Shown here in pieces: positions 60,335-64,000 of a stretch of 64,000 nucleotides of DNA. A program made the position numbers and the translations under genes. Below the pieces are notes generated by a model. That model ran no database searches. It saw only the letters and a program-made list of their open reading frames with translations, and was not told where the DNA came from. Positions within the stretch are counted from its first letter, which is position 1, and every line of letters begins with the position of its first letter. The stretch is from Synechococcus sp. (GTDB lineage: Bacteria > Cyanobacteriota > Cyanobacteriia > PCC-6307 > Cyanobiaceae), in contig JBJBEO010000001.1 of assembly GCA_047284725.1 (NCBI GenBank), positions 448,001 to 512,000 on the forward strand. Reading direction: 5' to 3'.

Positions 60335-61078
60335 TTGCGTTTTCCCTCGAAGCGTTTTTTGTTGATTCCTGCGGCGATCGCGACTGCTGTTGTCGCCAGC
60401 CTTGCGGATCTGATTCCTGGCACCCCCCGTCCAGATGGGCCAGGGGTGTGGGCTTCGGCTGCATCGACACGCTCCTCTTCCCGCCTGGAGGACGCCATGG
60501 CACTGAACCTGGGCTTGGATGATGTCTTGCAGGGGGCGAACGTTTCAGAGCCCATGCTTGAAGAGGAGGCCTGCCAGTGGAGTGGTGATCCTCTGGAGTC
60601 TTTGGAGGAGGTGTTGGCCGGTCTTCCGATCTCCTGCGGGTCGGAACTGTTCTTTCGCCGATTTCTCACCTTGCTGCGCCAGGATGTCGATTTCAAGGTG
60701 CCCGCGCAAGGGGAGCTCACATCCGGGTTTGGCATGCGCTGGGGGCGTCATCACCGCGGTGTGGATATCGCCAACGCGATTGGCACTCCGATCCACGCCG
60801 TTTGGGATGGCCGGGTGATCCGCGCGTCCATGCAGGGCGGCTATGGATTAACCGTTGAGATTGAGCATCGCGATGGTTTTGTCACGCGCTATGCCCACTG
60901 CCATCGACTCCTGGTGCAAGAGGGTGATGCCGTCGTCGCGGGCCAAACTGTGGCGCAAATGGGAAATACCGGAAGCAGTACAGGGCCTCATTTGCATTTC
61001 GAGGTGATCACGTCCGATGGTGTCGCGATTGATCCCACTGCCAAAATGCCACTGCTTGCGAAATTGGTGGGCTCTTGA
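60335..61078 (+). CDS. M23 family zinc metallopeptidase with N-terminal signal/anchor
   Basis: TSGFGMR, HRGVDI (HxxxD), YAH, GNTGSSTGPHLHFE (HxH). Confidence 0.9.
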   Translation: MRFPSKRFLLIPAAIATAVVASLADLIPGTPRPDGPGVWASAASTRSSSRLEDAMALNLGLDDVLQGANVSEPMLEEEACQWSGDPLESLEEVLAGLPISCGSELFFRRFLTLLRQDVDFKVPAQGELTSGFGMRWGRHHRGVDIANAIGTPIHAVWDGRVIRASMQGGYGLTVEIEHRDGFVTRYAHCHRLLVQEGDAVVAGQTVAQMGNTGSSTGPHLHFEVITSDGVAIDPTAKMPLLAKLVGS

Positions 61079-61117
61079 AGCGTTCGTCTAAACGCGGAGT
61101 TGACGGCGTGCCCAATC

Positions 61118-61146
61118 AAAAGCCGGAGGCGAAGCCCCCGGCTTTG
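61118..61146 (-). terminator. Intrinsic terminator after atpC (possibly bidirectional)
   Basis: AAAGCCGGAGGC-GAA-GCCCCCGGCTTT between convergent genes. Confidence 0.75.
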
Positions 61147-61178
61147 GAATGAATCAGTTGATCCAACTCAGTTGCTGA

Positions 61179-61580
61179 TCACTTGGAGGCCTGAAGGCGT
61201 GCGCGTGCACGATCGTAAGACTGCTGAGCTTTCACCTTCTCCGGAGAGGCTGGTTGACCCTCGAATCGGCTGACCTCCGCTTTGGCTTTTTCAAGCTCGG
61301 CTTGTGCTGAACTGCCGTCGATGGTGTTACCCAGTTCGGCGGAATTCACCAAAATGGTGACGTCATCTGATTCCACTTCAGCAAAACCACCCATCAGGGC
61401 GATGGATTGCCAATCGTTGTTGGTTCGTACGCGCAAAACACCAACGTCAAGGGCTGCCAGCAAAGAAACGTGGCCTGGCAGGATGCCGAGCTGGCCGGTG
61501 GTGCTGGGGAGGATCACCTCATCAGCACTGCCATCAAAAACGCTTTGGTCGGGAGCCAGCACGCGGAGGGTGAGAGACAT
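61179..61580 (-). CDS. atpC: F1 subunit epsilon
   Basis: MSLTLRVLAPD...PSTTGQLGILPGH...MGGFAEV...ARARLQA. Confidence 0.97.
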   Translation of the reverse strand: MSLTLRVLAPDQSVFDGSADEVILPSTTGQLGILPGHVSLLAALDVGVLRVRTNNDWQSIALMGGFAEVESDDVTILVNSAELGNTIDGSSAQAELEKAKAEVSRFEGQPASPEKVKAQQSYDRARARLQASK

Positions 61581-61625
61581 GAACCTTGGTTCGCAGGGGA
61601 GAAGGGACGAGGGGGAGTCAGTGAG

Positions 61626-61648
61626 TGGGGGTGTGAATGACACCCCCA
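61626..61648 (-). other. Stem-loop between atpD and atpC
   Basis: TGGGGGTGT-GAATG-ACACCCCCA (plus-strand reading), 6 nt after the atpD stop. Confidence 0.65.
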
Positions 61649-61654
61649 TCAGCA

Positions 61655-63187
<1,533 letters not shown>

Positions 63188-63215
63188 TTACCACCGCAGA
63201 GGTGGACTGAGCACG

Positions 63216-63231
63216 GTTCGGTCAACCGCAC
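63216..63231 (+). promoter_or_regulatory. K-box upstream of groESL
   Basis: GTTCGG-TCAA-CCGCAC matches the cyanobacterial K-box consensus GTTCGG-NNAN-CCNNAC. Confidence 0.75.
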
Positions 63232-63269
63232 GCTCAGGCGCTGGTCGGACCGCATCTCCGCCCCATAAG

Positions 63270-63296
63270 TTGACACTCATCGACCTCGAGTGCCAG
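63270..63296 (+). promoter_or_regulatory. CIRCE element (HrcA operator)
   Basis: TTGACACTC-N9-GAGTGCCAG versus consensus TTAGCACTC-N9-GAGTGCTAA, upstream of groES. Confidence 0.8.
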
Positions 63297-63354
63297 GTGC
63301 CTCTCAGTCGATCAGTGGCGCTCAGCGCCTTCGTACCTGCTTTTGCAATTCATC

Positions 63355-63666
63355 ATGGCTGCTGTTTCCCTCAGCGTCTCCACCGTTAAACCCCTTGGAG
63401 ATCGCATCTTTATCAAGGTGTCTGCGTCTGAAGAGACGACTGCAGGCGGCATTCTTCTCCCTGACACCGCGAAGGAAAAGCCCCAGGTCGGTGAGGTGGT
63501 TCAGGTCGGCCCAGGCAAGCGCAATGACGACGGCAGCCGCCAGGCTCCTGAAGTGGGTGTCGGCGACCAAGTGCTTTACAGCAAGTACGCCGGTACCGAC
63601 ATCAAGCTGGGGAGCGATGAGTATGTGCTCCTGTCCGAGAAAGACATTCTCGCCGTTGTGAACTGA
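63355..63666 (+). CDS. groES: Co-chaperonin GroES
   Basis: [32 protein letters not shown]. Confidence 0.98.
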   Translation: MAAVSLSVSTVKPLGDRIFIKVSASEETTAGGILLPDTAKEKPQVGEVVQVGPGKRNDDGSRQAPEVGVGDQVLYSKYAGTDIKLGSDEYVLLSEKDILAVVN

Positions 63667-63704
63667 TCAGCGTTTGCGCTGCATTTCCTAGATCCACTTC
63701 TTAA

Positions 63705-64000
<296 letters not shown>

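Overview
A GC-rich (roughly 60%), gene-dense core-genome segment from a phycobilisome-bearing picocyanobacterium. Gene content and order suggest marine Synechococcus (inference). In order it holds: hisD (partial), rpsT, tatD, rpoB-rpoC1-rpoC2, hli-rlmN-Na+/solute symporter, a DUF2997-ycf35-ferredoxin-aldo/keto reductase operon, rsmG, a reduced biotin cluster (bioF-bioK-bioD), a HelY-like helicase, fumC, purB, tlyA, glnB, a glutamine-riboswitch-controlled DUF4278 gene, queF, ccs1-ccdA, ftsW, apcE-apcABC, the atpI-a-c-b'-b-delta-alpha-gamma operon, a ferredoxin-DUF3326-YchJ operon, ald, nadE-nadD, pepP, chaA, PSRP-3, an M23 peptidase, atpD-atpC and groES-groEL (partial). I saw no tRNA, rRNA, CRISPR array, transposase, integrase or phage gene. 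I cannot support a claim of a wholly new multi-gene system here. The most unusual items are: (1) a 1182-aa ApcE whose third linker (REP) domain is tandemly duplicated and whose 3' part is markedly AT-richer than the rest of the window; (2) a compact nitrogen-sensing module (type I glutamine riboswitch, triple-YRG DUF4278 protein, NtcA box, glnB); (3) a biotin operon lacking bioC and bioA, chained by ATGA overlaps that include an 8-codon bridging mini-ORF; (4) several small membrane proteins absent from the ORF track. All calls come from reading the sequence; no database searches were run.
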